From IMG/VR virus record IMGVR_UViG_3300020442_000005, positions 62,001 to 126,000 of that record: 64,000 bases of DNA. The stretch is one strand, 5' to 3'. Below, in pieces: positions 1 to 9,333 of the stretch. The notes below the pieces were generated by a model. It saw nothing but the letters and a program-made list of their open reading frames with translations, had not been told where the DNA came from and made no database searches. The position numbers were made by a program, and so were the translations under genes. Positions within the stretch are counted from its first letter, which is position 1. The number at the start of each line of letters is the position of its first letter.

Positions 1-453
1 CTAGATATTCCGAATGAAGGATATATAGTTGTTTTAGGCACTTACAAATGCGTTTCTTTCGAAAAGCTGTGTAAAAAGTATGGCGCGGAAAGATGCATAG
101 GGTATGATTTACATAACCCTACTAATCATCCAAGAGTAATTATAAAAAACGGTTTGGAGTTATCATCTGAAGACAATATCCCAATCGCGTTCTGCCATAA
201 TGATTTTGGTGGTTTTCAACATACACCAAAGCTGAAAATCCACGGTCAGAAGTGGGCTGCCCAGAATATTATACCGGGAGGCTATTTTTTAGGCAACAGT
301 AGCCAGAATAGCATAAATTTTGACATTGAAAAGTTAATGTCTGACATTGGTTTTGTTAATACACGATTGGTGGATTTACCACCAGAAAAGTTTAATTTAT
401 CTAATCTACCAGAGTTTAGACATCATTCTTATATGCTGTCAAGGAGAAAATAA
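1..453 (+). CDS. 5'-truncated class I SAM-dependent methyltransferase (TylF/MycF/Methyltransf_24-like)
   Basis: Frame 1 is open from base 1, so the ORF is longer than the 154 start in the track. It reads YIVVLGTYKCVSF...CIGYD...IAFCHND...IIPGGYFL, matching the motif order of TylF-like sugar O-methyltransferases. Confidence 0.5.
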   Translation, partial: LDIPNEGYIVVLGTYKCVSFEKLCKKYGAERCIGYDLHNPTNHPRVIIKNGLELSSEDNIPIAFCHNDFGGFQHTPKLKIHGQKWAAQNIIPGGYFLGNSSQNSINFDIEKLMSDIGFVNTRLVDLPPEKFNLSNLPEFRHHSYMLSRRK

Positions 454-1116
454 ATGTGGGCAGAGTTAAATGAAGTGATACCGCTCTTATCAGAACAAGG
501 ATTTGTAATAAATGACCCATGGGACGTAGTAAAAGCTTTTGAGAAAAAAGTTGCAAACTACGCTGGAGCTAAATACGCAATTGCGCTCGATAATTGTACG
601 AATGGTTTATTTCTGTGTTTAAAGTATTTAAAACATGAAGGCAAAACAATCGAAATACCTGCGTGTACTTATATTTCAGTTCCCTTTGCAATTATTCATG
701 CTGGCTGTAAACCAAAGTTTGTAGACAAAGAGTGGTCAGGTAAGTATGAACTAGGAGACACTAACATTATTGATGGCGCCACAAGATTTTCCAAAAACAT
801 GTATGAACCAGGAACTTTTCACTGTTTGTCTTTTCATTTAAAAAAAGTGTTAAAGTTGGGCAAAGGTGGCATGATTTTAACTGATGATAAAGAAGCCTAT
901 GATTGGTTTCAGTCCGCATCAAAAATAGGAAGACATGTTGATCGATTATATAAAGACGACTACTTTGACATTGTTGGTTGGAATATGTTTATGCCACCCG
1001 AGCAGGCAGCAAAGGCGATTTTATTGTTTGAAAATCTAGCCGATGAAAATGCTGATGCTGGTGGCTCTAGTACATATCATGATCTTAGAAAACACAAAAT
1101 TTTTAGAGAATACTAA
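454..1116 (+). CDS. DegT/DnrJ/EryC1/StrS-family PLP-dependent sugar aminotransferase, short form
   Basis: FEKKVANYAGAKYAIALDNCTNGLFL, and SFHLKK...GKGGMILTDD carrying the PLP lysine. Only 220 aa. Confidence 0.85.
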   Translation: MWAELNEVIPLLSEQGFVINDPWDVVKAFEKKVANYAGAKYAIALDNCTNGLFLCLKYLKHEGKTIEIPACTYISVPFAIIHAGCKPKFVDKEWSGKYELGDTNIIDGATRFSKNMYEPGTFHCLSFHLKKVLKLGKGGMILTDDKEAYDWFQSASKIGRHVDRLYKDDYFDIVGWNMFMPPEQAAKAILLFENLADENADAGGSSTYHDLRKHKIFREY

Positions 1117-3128
1117 TGCAAAACGTTTACCTCTTTGAAATCAACGACATTCTTGCAAATCAAGCAAAATTGCCATATTCTACTGGCTTGATTTGGTCTT
1201 ATTGTTCAACGATACCTGAAATAGATAATGCTTATACCTTGGGAAATCTTTTCTTTTGGCGTCAAAGCACAGAAGATTATTTGAAACAAATAGAAAATCC
1301 GTCAGTTGTGGGTTTTAGTTGTTTTGTGTGGAATTGGACTAGCAACATCGAGATGGCAAAAGCAATTAAAGATAAATACCCTGATTGCTTAATTGTATTT
1401 GGCGGATGGCAAGTTCCTATGTCTGATCGTATACAAGGGTTTTTTCGAAAGCATCCGTACGTAGATATAGCAGTGCATGGCGAAGGTGAGCTTACATTTG
1501 CTGATATTTTGCTGGAAAACTTAAAAGGATTTCCTGAGTGGGAAAAAATCGAGGGATGTTCTGTTCCATATAGAATGCTACATAACAAAAAATCGATTAA
1601 TAGAATTGTAGATCACGGTTTGGTAACAAAAAAAGAAATATTCGCAAAATCTTACAAACCTCTTGATACGTTCACAACAAAACCAAGAGCAAGAATAAAA
1701 TCAATTGCATCGATGCCGTCTCCTTACTTAGATGGTTTATTTGACAGATTAATTAAGGACTGTAACTATGATTTAGAAGCTACGTTTGAAACGACGAGAG
1801 GGTGTCCGTATGCATGCACATATTGCGAAATAGGAACAAAATATTATCAAAAAATAAAATACCATGGATTAGAAAAAATATATGCTGAGATAGACTGGAT
1901 GTCAGAAAACAAGGTAGTATTTGTTTACAATGCCGACTCTAACTTTGGCATGTTAAAGGATCATCTTCCAATTACAAAATATCTTGTAGACAAAAAAAAG
2001 CTAACAGGATATCCACAAAAGCATCGATGTGACTGGTCTAAAAACCAGGCAGACAAAGTTATTGAACTTGCCAAAATCTTTTATGAAGCGGAAATGGATA
2101 AGGGTATTACAATTGCCTTGCAGTCTATGAACCCTGCTACCTTAAAAGCTATTAAGAGAAAAAATGTCGATGGAGGTAAACTTAAAGAGTTTATTTCGAT
2201 GTATGAAGGCACTAATCTACCTAGCTATATTGAGTTGATTCTGGGACTACCAGAGGAAACTAAAGACTCTTTCGTAAACGGTATCTGCAAGGTGATGGAG
2301 CTTGGTCAACACAATTACATAGGCATATATCCTTTAACAGCACTCCCAAATACACCGTTCGGCGATGACGAATACATCCAAAAATATGGGTTAAAAATAA
2401 TAGACACATACCCGGCGTTTAGCCATGTTGATATCGATGATACTAATGTTTCTGAAAGAGAGCACATGGTAGTATCAAGTAATACAATGACACTAAAAGA
2501 CTACAAAGAAGCAAGTTTATATCGTTGGCTATTTATGTTTGGTCACTACCTTGGAACCACTCAGTTTTTCGCCAGGTTTATTAATAAACATTTTGGCACT
2601 TCATATGAAGATTTTTACAAGGGTCTTATGAACTTTATGCTGACGTGTGGAGAAAATAGTTTTTTGGGTTCACAACTGAACAAAACAAGTTCTGCGTTAG
2701 ACGGTGTATTGGATTGTGTTGCACCATGGGGTCGCGTAGTTAATTCTGTTAGAGAGAATTTTGCTTGGGATTTTGAGGAGGCGACAGTCATAGAGATAAT
2801 GCAGAACAAATCTGATTTTTATACGGAGTTGCAAAATTATATAATAATGAATCATGATGTTGGGATTGATCTTTTAAAAGATTTGGTAAACTTTCAAGAT
2901 TGTGCTATGATGGATCCAAGATACAAGTACCCAATTACCGAAAGTTTTAAATATAATATTTTTGATGTGATTCATAATGAAGCAACGTTGCAAGAGGTAA
3001 ATGAGAAATTAGAATTTTCAAATAAAAATTATGACGGTGATTACTTTGAGTACGGCAAGGAAACTTTGTGGTGGGGCAGAAGAGTTGCTTCCTACAAGTG
3101 TAAGATAACAAAAATTGAAAGTCAATAG
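1116..3128 (+). CDS. Cobalamin (B12)-binding radical SAM protein
   Basis: N-terminal B12-binding motifs (VVGFSCFVWN, IVFGG, GEGE) and the radical SAM triad TRGCPYACTYC, followed by ELILGLPEET. Confidence 0.9.
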   Translation: MQNVYLFEINDILANQAKLPYSTGLIWSYCSTIPEIDNAYTLGNLFFWRQSTEDYLKQIENPSVVGFSCFVWNWTSNIEMAKAIKDKYPDCLIVFGGWQVPMSDRIQGFFRKHPYVDIAVHGEGELTFADILLENLKGFPEWEKIEGCSVPYRMLHNKKSINRIVDHGLVTKKEIFAKSYKPLDTFTTKPRARIKSIASMPSPYLDGLFDRLIKDCNYDLEATFETTRGCPYACTYCEIGTKYYQKIKYHGLEKIYAEIDWMSENKVVFVYNADSNFGMLKDHLPITKYLVDKKKLTGYPQKHRCDWSKNQADKVIELAKIFYEAEMDKGITIALQSMNPATLKAIKRKNVDGGKLKEFISMYEGTNLPSYIELILGLPEETKDSFVNGICKVMELGQHNYIGIYPLTALPNTPFGDDEYIQKYGLKIIDTYPAFSHVDIDDTNVSEREHMVVSSNTMTLKDYKEASLYRWLFMFGHYLGTTQFFARFINKHFGTSYEDFYKGLMNFMLTCGENSFLGSQLNKTSSALDGVLDCVAPWGRVVNSVRENFAWDFEEATVIEIMQNKSDFYTELQNYIIMNHDVGIDLLKDLVNFQDCAMMDPRYKYPITESFKYNIFDVIHNEATLQEVNEKLEFSNKNYDGDYFEYGKETLWWGRRVASYKCKITKIESQ

Positions 3129-3139
3129 AGAGAGGTTAT

Positions 3140-4063
3140 GTGCGAATACTAATAACAGGCGGAACTGGCATGGTTGGTTCTTCATTTAAAAACATACAAA
3201 CAGATCACGAATTAATTTTAGTTGGATCATCTGATTATGATCTCAGGTGGGCCAGCGATTGCAGATGTATGATTGCAGACCACAACCCAGAGGCCATTAT
3301 TCATTTGGCAGCTAAAGTTGGCGGAGTTAAAGGAAACACTGATTATGTTGCAGATTTTTTCCGTGACAACGTTCTTATAAACACTAATTTATTGGATGCG
3401 GCTAAAAATCAAGGCATAAAAAAAGTTGTTTCTTTACTTTCCACATGCGTTTATCCCGACACTGTTACTTACCCATTGACAGAAGACCAAATACACAACG
3501 GAGAGCCACATCTTAGTAACTTTGGATATGCATATGCTAAGAGAATGCTGGAAGTGCATTCAAGAGCGATTAGACAGCAATATGGGCTAAACTATGTGAC
3601 CGCTGTACCAAACAATCTATACGGTGAAAATGACAACTTTGATCTAGATAATGGCCACGTGATTCCTGCTATAGTAAGAAAAGTTTTTGAAGCCAACAAT
3701 AACGAAGACATTCCTAAGTTTTGGGGAACTGGTCGACCAAAAAGAGAGTTTACCTATGCTTTCGATATCGCAAAAATACTTTTATGGATGGTAGAAAATT
3801 ATGAATCACCAGAACCCTTAAACATTGGAAACCCGGGAGATATAAGTATCTTTGATTTAGTAGTAAAAATTCAGAGATTGCTTAACACTAGAATAGCTAG
3901 TCAATGGGACGTAGAAATGCCTGAAGGGCAATACAAAAAACCAAGCTCAAATTTAAGATTCAAAAAATTAAATCCGGATTTCGTATATACAAGTTTAGAT
4001 ACAGGATTAAAAAATACGATTGACTGGTTTTTAAAGGAGTATCCAAATGTCAGAGGCGTATAA
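3140..4063 (+). CDS. fcl: GDP-L-fucose synthase
   Basis: GGTGMVG, HLAAKVGG, LSTCVYP, YAYAK, PNNLYGENDNF, HVIPA, WGTGRPKREF. GTG start after GAGG. Confidence 0.92.
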   Translation: MRILITGGTGMVGSSFKNIQTDHELILVGSSDYDLRWASDCRCMIADHNPEAIIHLAAKVGGVKGNTDYVADFFRDNVLINTNLLDAAKNQGIKKVVSLLSTCVYPDTVTYPLTEDQIHNGEPHLSNFGYAYAKRMLEVHSRAIRQQYGLNYVTAVPNNLYGENDNFDLDNGHVIPAIVRKVFEANNNEDIPKFWGTGRPKREFTYAFDIAKILLWMVENYESPEPLNIGNPGDISIFDLVVKIQRLLNTRIASQWDVEMPEGQYKKPSSNLRFKKLNPDFVYTSLDTGLKNTIDWFLKEYPNVRGV

Positions 4064-5063
4064 CGTATTAGTAACTGGTGCTGCCGGTCTTTTAGGAAGC
4101 CATTTTTGTGATTATTTACTTGCCACTGGCCATAGAGTTATTGCAATCGACAATTTATCGGGCGGATATCGAGAAAACGTTAATAGCAATGTCACACTAT
4201 ATACTAACGATTTATGTAACTCAGAAGCCGTCGACGCTATTTTCGAACGTCATAACATAGATTATGTTTATCATTTTGCTGCGTATGCAGCTGTTGGACT
4301 TAGTCCATTCATTAGAAACTTTAATTATCAAAACAATGTTCTCGCTAGCGCAAATCTAATAAATAGCTCTATCAGACATAATGTCAAAAAATTTATTTTC
4401 GCATCCTCAATGGACGTCTATGGCTCCCAAAAACCTCCTTTTACAGAAGACATGAAGCCGGACCCACAAGACCCCTATGGCATTGCTAAGTACGCTATAG
4501 AGATGGATTTGGCCAACGCTTACAGACAATTTGGCCTAAAATACACGATTATAAGGCCACACAACATCATTGGTCCACGGCAGAATATCTGGGACAGATA
4601 CAGAAACGTAGCTGGTATTTGGATTAGAAAAGCTATGTCCGGGGATCCCCTTACTATATACGGAACTGGGGAACAACGAAGGGCATTCAGTGATATATCT
4701 TATTATATGGCGCCATTTCTACAACTGATGGAAAATAAAATGACAGACCAAGAGATAATTAACATAGGCGCAGACAAGCACGTGTCGATCAATCAGTTAG
4801 CAGATATCGTTATCGATGTTGCTCATTCTAGAATGGGCGTCAGGCCTTCGAAGGTATATCTAGAAAAAAGGGATGAAGTCGATTTGATGTGGTGCAGCCA
4901 TGAAAAGGCTAAAATATTGCTTAATTTTACAGATTTTACTGATTTAAAGCGTCTGATTGAAAAAACTTGGGATTGGGCTGTACAAATGGAACCAAAGAAG
5001 GTAAAATACATGAAATACGAAATAGACAAAGGAATGTATTCTTACTGGAGTAACGATGAATAA
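4047..5063 (+). CDS. NAD-dependent epimerase/dehydratase (UDP-glucose 4-epimerase-like extended SDR)
   Basis: GAAGLLG, IDNLSGG, HFAA, YGIAK (YxxxK), HNIIGPRQ. Confidence 0.9.
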   Translation: MSEAYNVLVTGAAGLLGSHFCDYLLATGHRVIAIDNLSGGYRENVNSNVTLYTNDLCNSEAVDAIFERHNIDYVYHFAAYAAVGLSPFIRNFNYQNNVLASANLINSSIRHNVKKFIFASSMDVYGSQKPPFTEDMKPDPQDPYGIAKYAIEMDLANAYRQFGLKYTIIRPHNIIGPRQNIWDRYRNVAGIWIRKAMSGDPLTIYGTGEQRRAFSDISYYMAPFLQLMENKMTDQEIINIGADKHVSINQLADIVIDVAHSRMGVRPSKVYLEKRDEVDLMWCSHEKAKILLNFTDFTDLKRLIEKTWDWAVQMEPKKVKYMKYEIDKGMYSYWSNDE

Positions 5064-5250
5064 TGAAGACTTACGAAAACTAGTTGCAATTCGAACAGAT
5101 TTGATCAAACTTTACCAATGGTTGCCTGGAAAATCAGAGCCTTCTTCCCTAGTAAAGACAAAGGACGTTGCATTGGATTTGGCTCACGTCATCAGCAAGG
5201 TTGATAAATTGTTGGACGGAAAAGTTAATTTTACAGCTGGAAAGGAATAA
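5056..5250 (+). CDS. Small hypothetical protein
   Basis: 64-aa ORF that exactly fills the gap between two genes (overlapping start, abutting stop). Confidence 0.6.
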   Translation: MNNEDLRKLVAIRTDLIKLYQWLPGKSEPSSLVKTKDVALDLAHVISKVDKLLDGKVNFTAGKE

Positions 5251-6150
5251 ATGAATATTGGAATTATAGGACAGGGTTTTGTGGGTTCGGCTCTTAGAGA
5301 AGGCTTAAAAGACTACTATGATGTCTTCGGATATGATCTGGATCAATCCAAGAACTTTAACCTAGAAAATGTTTCGCAGAAAAAAAGATTAGAGTATACT
5401 GTCAATAACAGTGATATTATATTTGTTTGTTTGCCAACCCCAATGAGAAAAGATGGTAGCTGTGATACACGAATATTGGCTAATTCGATAGAAAATATAG
5501 CAAAAATTGTTAAAGATAGTGCAAAATTACCACGTCACGCGAAAATCCTTAATAGACAACATCTAAAGAAAACCATTGTAATCAAGTCAACTGTGCCACC
5601 TGGAACGACAAATGCTTTTGCAAATAAATACACCGAAATAAACATATGTTTTAGTCCAGAATTTTTGACTGAAGCCAATTCTTTCAATGATTTTAAAAAC
5701 CAAAACAGAATTTTAATTGGTGGAGACGGAGCAAAAATAGTTAAACAGATGTTTAGAAAACCGTTTCCAAATACGCCGATTGTAGTTACAAAGCCGGAAA
5801 CAGCTGAAATGGTAAAATACTTCACAAATTGTTTTCTTGCGACAAAGGTTACATTTGCAAATCAGATGTATGAAATTTGTCAAGCAGCAGAGATTGACTA
5901 TGATAAAGTTTGTGAGTATGCTCTTTATGATAATAGAATCGGCAAAAGTCACTTAGCAGTACCGGGCCCGGATGGAGACTTTGGTTTTGGCGGACACTGC
6001 TTTCCAAAAGACTTGGCAGCCATGGTTGTTTTTGGTGAAAAATTGCATTCGGAAATCGGCCTTTTAAAAAAGATTGAGGCCTTAAATGATTATTATAGAT
6101 CCGATAAAGACTGGGAAAAAATGAAAGGACGGGCGGTATCAGATGACTAA
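5251..6150 (+). CDS. UDP-glucose/GDP-mannose dehydrogenase family protein, short form lacking the C-terminal domain
   Basis: [33 protein letters not shown], catalytic [10 protein letters not shown]. Confidence 0.9.
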   Translation: MNIGIIGQGFVGSALREGLKDYYDVFGYDLDQSKNFNLENVSQKKRLEYTVNNSDIIFVCLPTPMRKDGSCDTRILANSIENIAKIVKDSAKLPRHAKILNRQHLKKTIVIKSTVPPGTTNAFANKYTEINICFSPEFLTEANSFNDFKNQNRILIGGDGAKIVKQMFRKPFPNTPIVVTKPETAEMVKYFTNCFLATKVTFANQMYEICQAAEIDYDKVCEYALYDNRIGKSHLAVPGPDGDFGFGGHCFPKDLAAMVVFGEKLHSEIGLLKKIEALNDYYRSDKDWEKMKGRAVSDD

Positions 6151-7174
6151 ACAAAAAACAGCGTTAATAACTGGAGTTACAGGTCAAGATGGTTCATATT
6201 TGGCAGATCTACTCTTAGATAAAGGATATCGCGTAATTGGGATAAAAAGACGCACATCTCTAATCAGTACAGACCGAATTGATCATTTGTTTTGTAATAA
6301 AAACTTTATCATGGAATATGGCTCGATGCATGCACCAGATTGGATGTATCGTGTTTTAACAAAGTACAACCCAGATGAAATTTACAATCTAGCAGCTCAG
6401 TCTCATGTGCGAGTTTCGTTTGATAACGCCGCAGAGACAGCTGATATCACGGCCATGGGAACACTTCGTCTTTTAGAGGCAATGCGCCATGTTTGTCCGA
6501 AGGCAAAATTCTATCAAGCGTCTTCTTCAGAAATGTTTGGAGATAACCCGGAAACGCCTCAAAGTGAAACGACGGCATTGATGCCTGCCAGCCCATACGC
6601 ATGCGCAAAGGTGTTTAGCCACAACCTGGTGAGAAACTATAGAGTTGGTTACGGCTTGTATGCGTGTTGTGGCATACTTTTCAATCACGAATCGCCAAGA
6701 AGGGGCGAAACGTTCGTAACTAGAAAAATTACTATCGCTGCCGCAAAAATTAAATTGGGGCTGCAAGAAAAGCTTTTCTTAGGTAATCTGGATGCAAAAC
6801 GTGATTGGGGACACGCTCGGGACTATGTTGAGGCGATGTGGCTTATGTTACAACAAGACAAGCCAGAAGACTTTGTTATCGCGACTGGTAACACATACTC
6901 TGTAAGGGAGTTTTTGCAAATGGTTTTTAAATATGCGAACTTAGACATCGATGAGCATGTTGAAATTGATAAAAGGCTGTTTAGACCTCATGAAGTGCCG
7001 TTGCTGCTTGGGGATGCTACAAAAGCAAAAGAAAAGCTTGGATGGGAACCAAAGTACAATATAAAAGACTTAGTTAAAGATATGTATGATTCCGATTTTC
7101 GCATAATCGAAAAGACAGCTTTGAACGAGTGGAAGAATATCGATCCGATGGCATATAGTAGAGGAGATTTGTAA
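6143..7174 (+). CDS. gmd: GDP-mannose 4,6-dehydratase
   Basis: [66 protein letters not shown]. Confidence 0.97.
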   Translation: MTKQKTALITGVTGQDGSYLADLLLDKGYRVIGIKRRTSLISTDRIDHLFCNKNFIMEYGSMHAPDWMYRVLTKYNPDEIYNLAAQSHVRVSFDNAAETADITAMGTLRLLEAMRHVCPKAKFYQASSSEMFGDNPETPQSETTALMPASPYACAKVFSHNLVRNYRVGYGLYACCGILFNHESPRRGETFVTRKITIAAAKIKLGLQEKLFLGNLDAKRDWGHARDYVEAMWLMLQQDKPEDFVIATGNTYSVREFLQMVFKYANLDIDEHVEIDKRLFRPHEVPLLLGDATKAKEKLGWEPKYNIKDLVKDMYDSDFRIIEKTALNEWKNIDPMAYSRGDL

Positions 7175-7194
7175 TACATTTTTGTATTCTAGGC

Positions 7195-7200
7195 TATAAT
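7195..7200 (+). promoter_or_regulatory. Candidate -10 box upstream of the Cas4-like gene
   Basis: Intergenic TATAAT. The nearest TTGTAA (7169-7174) is 20 nt away, which is non-canonical spacing. Confidence 0.4.
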
Positions 7201-7222
7201 ATAAGAAACAAGGAATAATATT

Positions 7223-8092
7223 ATGGCAAACAAATTTCCAACTGGCAAGTCTCACGTTTCTTACTCTGAAGTAAAAGCGTGGGCCGAATGTCCATATCGT
7301 CATTATCTCATGTACGTGGAAGGAATCAACACATATGTTGATAATCCATGGGCTGATTTCGGAACTATAGTTCACGACGCTATTGAAGGCTTTTTAAACA
7401 CAAAGCAGTTTGATCTAGAGTCTGTAAAAGAAAAGATTGCAGCAAAATGGGCTGAAAAGGGTTATGACACAGACGAATATATCGCCCTCATAACTGAGGA
7501 AAGAAAATCTAATGGCTGGAAATATAACCATGAATCATTGCAAGACATGCAATCTTCAGCCATAAATATTCTCAATGATTTTGAGTCTTTCATGGATTCG
7601 GAATTCCCGGGCTGGGAACCTATTTCTGCAGAATTTGAGTTATATGAGCAGATAAAAGACTCAAATGGCATGAATTTTAAAGGTTTTATAGACTGTATTA
7701 TAGCTAAACCCAAAAAACCCGGGTCAGACAAAGTCGAATATTGGATTATCGACTGGAAAACAACCGGTAAGAGTGGTTGGTTTTGGAAAAAGAAACGCGA
7801 ATTTCTGTCGTTGGCACAGGTCGGGCTTTATAAACACTACTGGGCAACAAAGTTTAACATTCCCGTCAAAGACATTAAGGTTGGTTATGTCTTTTTAAAA
7901 AGGGGTGCCGATCCTGGGAAAACCATTGAGCTGTTCAAAGTCTCAGCTGGCCCTGTTTTTATTGAAAAAACAAATAAGCTTGTAAAAAGAATGATTAAAA
8001 ATGTCAATAACGGCATAAAATTAAAAAATTATGACAATTGTAAATTTTGTCCATACAAAGGAACGGAGCACTGTAGTGGAAAAGGTTGGTAA
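7223..8092 (+). CDS. PD-(D/E)XK exonuclease, Cas4/AddB-like with a 4-Cys Fe-S cluster
   Basis: SYS...ECPYRHY, FGTIVHDAIE, FKGFIDCI, IIDWKT, QVGLY, C-terminal CKFCPY...HC. Confidence 0.85.
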   Translation: MANKFPTGKSHVSYSEVKAWAECPYRHYLMYVEGINTYVDNPWADFGTIVHDAIEGFLNTKQFDLESVKEKIAAKWAEKGYDTDEYIALITEERKSNGWKYNHESLQDMQSSAINILNDFESFMDSEFPGWEPISAEFELYEQIKDSNGMNFKGFIDCIIAKPKKPGSDKVEYWIIDWKTTGKSGWFWKKKREFLSLAQVGLYKHYWATKFNIPVKDIKVGYVFLKRGADPGKTIELFKVSAGPVFIEKTNKLVKRMIKNVNNGIKLKNYDNCKFCPYKGTEHCSGKGW

Positions 8093-9332
8093 AAAGTACA
8101 AAATATTAATGTTAAGTGATCACGCACTATCAACTAGTGGCGTTGGTACACAGTCTAGGCATTTAATTAACGGCTTACTGAATAAAGGATGTTGGTCCAT
8201 ACGTCAGTTTGGCGCTGCAATGAAGCACGACAATTATGATGTTGTTAAAATATCAGACGATTTTGTCATTAAGCCGATCGATGGCTTTGGAAATAAAGAT
8301 TTACTCCGGCTAGCGCTAGCAACAGAAAAACCAGACATTCTTTTTATATTTACAGACCCTAGGTTTTTCTATTGGTTGTTTGAGATGGAAGACGAAATAC
8401 ATCAGATATGCCCAATCGTGTATTGGCACGTTTGGGATAACAAGCCCTATCCAAAGTTTAATGATTCGTTTTATCAGTCAACTGACCTTATCAACTGTCA
8501 TAGTTATCACACTTTTGACCAGGTCAGTGAGATCTATCCGGATAAAACAAATTTCGTGCCACATGCAATTCCCAAAGAGTTGTTTTTTCCAGTTGATGCT
8601 GAACAAAAACTTAAGTGGAAAAGCGATCTTATTGGAGCTGACCGGCTTGATTGGTTTACTGGTTTCTGGGTTAATAGAAATGCGCGTCGAAAAAGACCAG
8701 GTGATTTGCTATGGGCATGGTCAAAGTTTGTTAACAGAATGGAAGAAGAAACTGGTCATCGAAAAGCGGTATTGGTTTTACATACCGATCCAAAAGACAA
8801 TGAAGGACCAAATCTTTTTGAATTAGTGAAGCTTCTTAAAATCGAAGAAAACATATGTTTTTCAACAGAAAGAATCGGATTTGATCAAATGAATGCGTTG
8901 CACAACATATCAGATTTTACAATCAACGTAAGCTACGCAGAGGGATTCGGGCTATCTACTTTAGAGGCGATGATGACTAAGACGCCAATCATCGCGCCAA
9001 AGACCGGCGGTCAGACTAGACAAGTTGTCGATTATCGAGACGACACAGAAAACGGTTTTGCTTTACCGATTGAATTGCAGTCTTTAGTTGGATCTCAAAA
9101 TGTACCGTATATCTACGAAGATTACACAACAACAGACACAATCGCAGAGAAAATGTATCAAATGTGGAAGTTGGGACCAGAAGGCCGTGAAAAACTAGGA
9201 CAAAAAGCCTATGATTATGCCAATCATGAATTCGGCTATCAAAATACTGTTGACAAATGGCATGAAACAATGATTGAAACAATCAACACTTGGCAAGACA
9301 AATACGAAAGATACACATGTGAGGAAATATAA
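8076..9332 (+). CDS. GT-B (family 4-like) glycosyltransferase
   Basis: KILMLSD...SGVG, NRNARRK, SYAEGFGLSTLEAM. Likely GTG start at 8076 after GGAG (track start 8031). Confidence 0.88.
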   Translation: MEKVGKKYKILMLSDHALSTSGVGTQSRHLINGLLNKGCWSIRQFGAAMKHDNYDVVKISDDFVIKPIDGFGNKDLLRLALATEKPDILFIFTDPRFFYWLFEMEDEIHQICPIVYWHVWDNKPYPKFNDSFYQSTDLINCHSYHTFDQVSEIYPDKTNFVPHAIPKELFFPVDAEQKLKWKSDLIGADRLDWFTGFWVNRNARRKRPGDLLWAWSKFVNRMEEETGHRKAVLVLHTDPKDNEGPNLFELVKLLKIEENICFSTERIGFDQMNALHNISDFTINVSYAEGFGLSTLEAMMTKTPIIAPKTGGQTRQVVDYRDDTENGFALPIELQSLVGSQNVPYIYEDYTTTDTIAEKMYQMWKLGPEGREKLGQKAYDYANHEFGYQNTVDKWHETMIETINTWQDKYERYTCEEI

Positions 9333-9333
9333 G

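Noticed and set aside
7175-8092. CRISPR-Cas locus around the Cas4-like gene
   Set aside because: No repeat-spacer array or other cas genes were seen.
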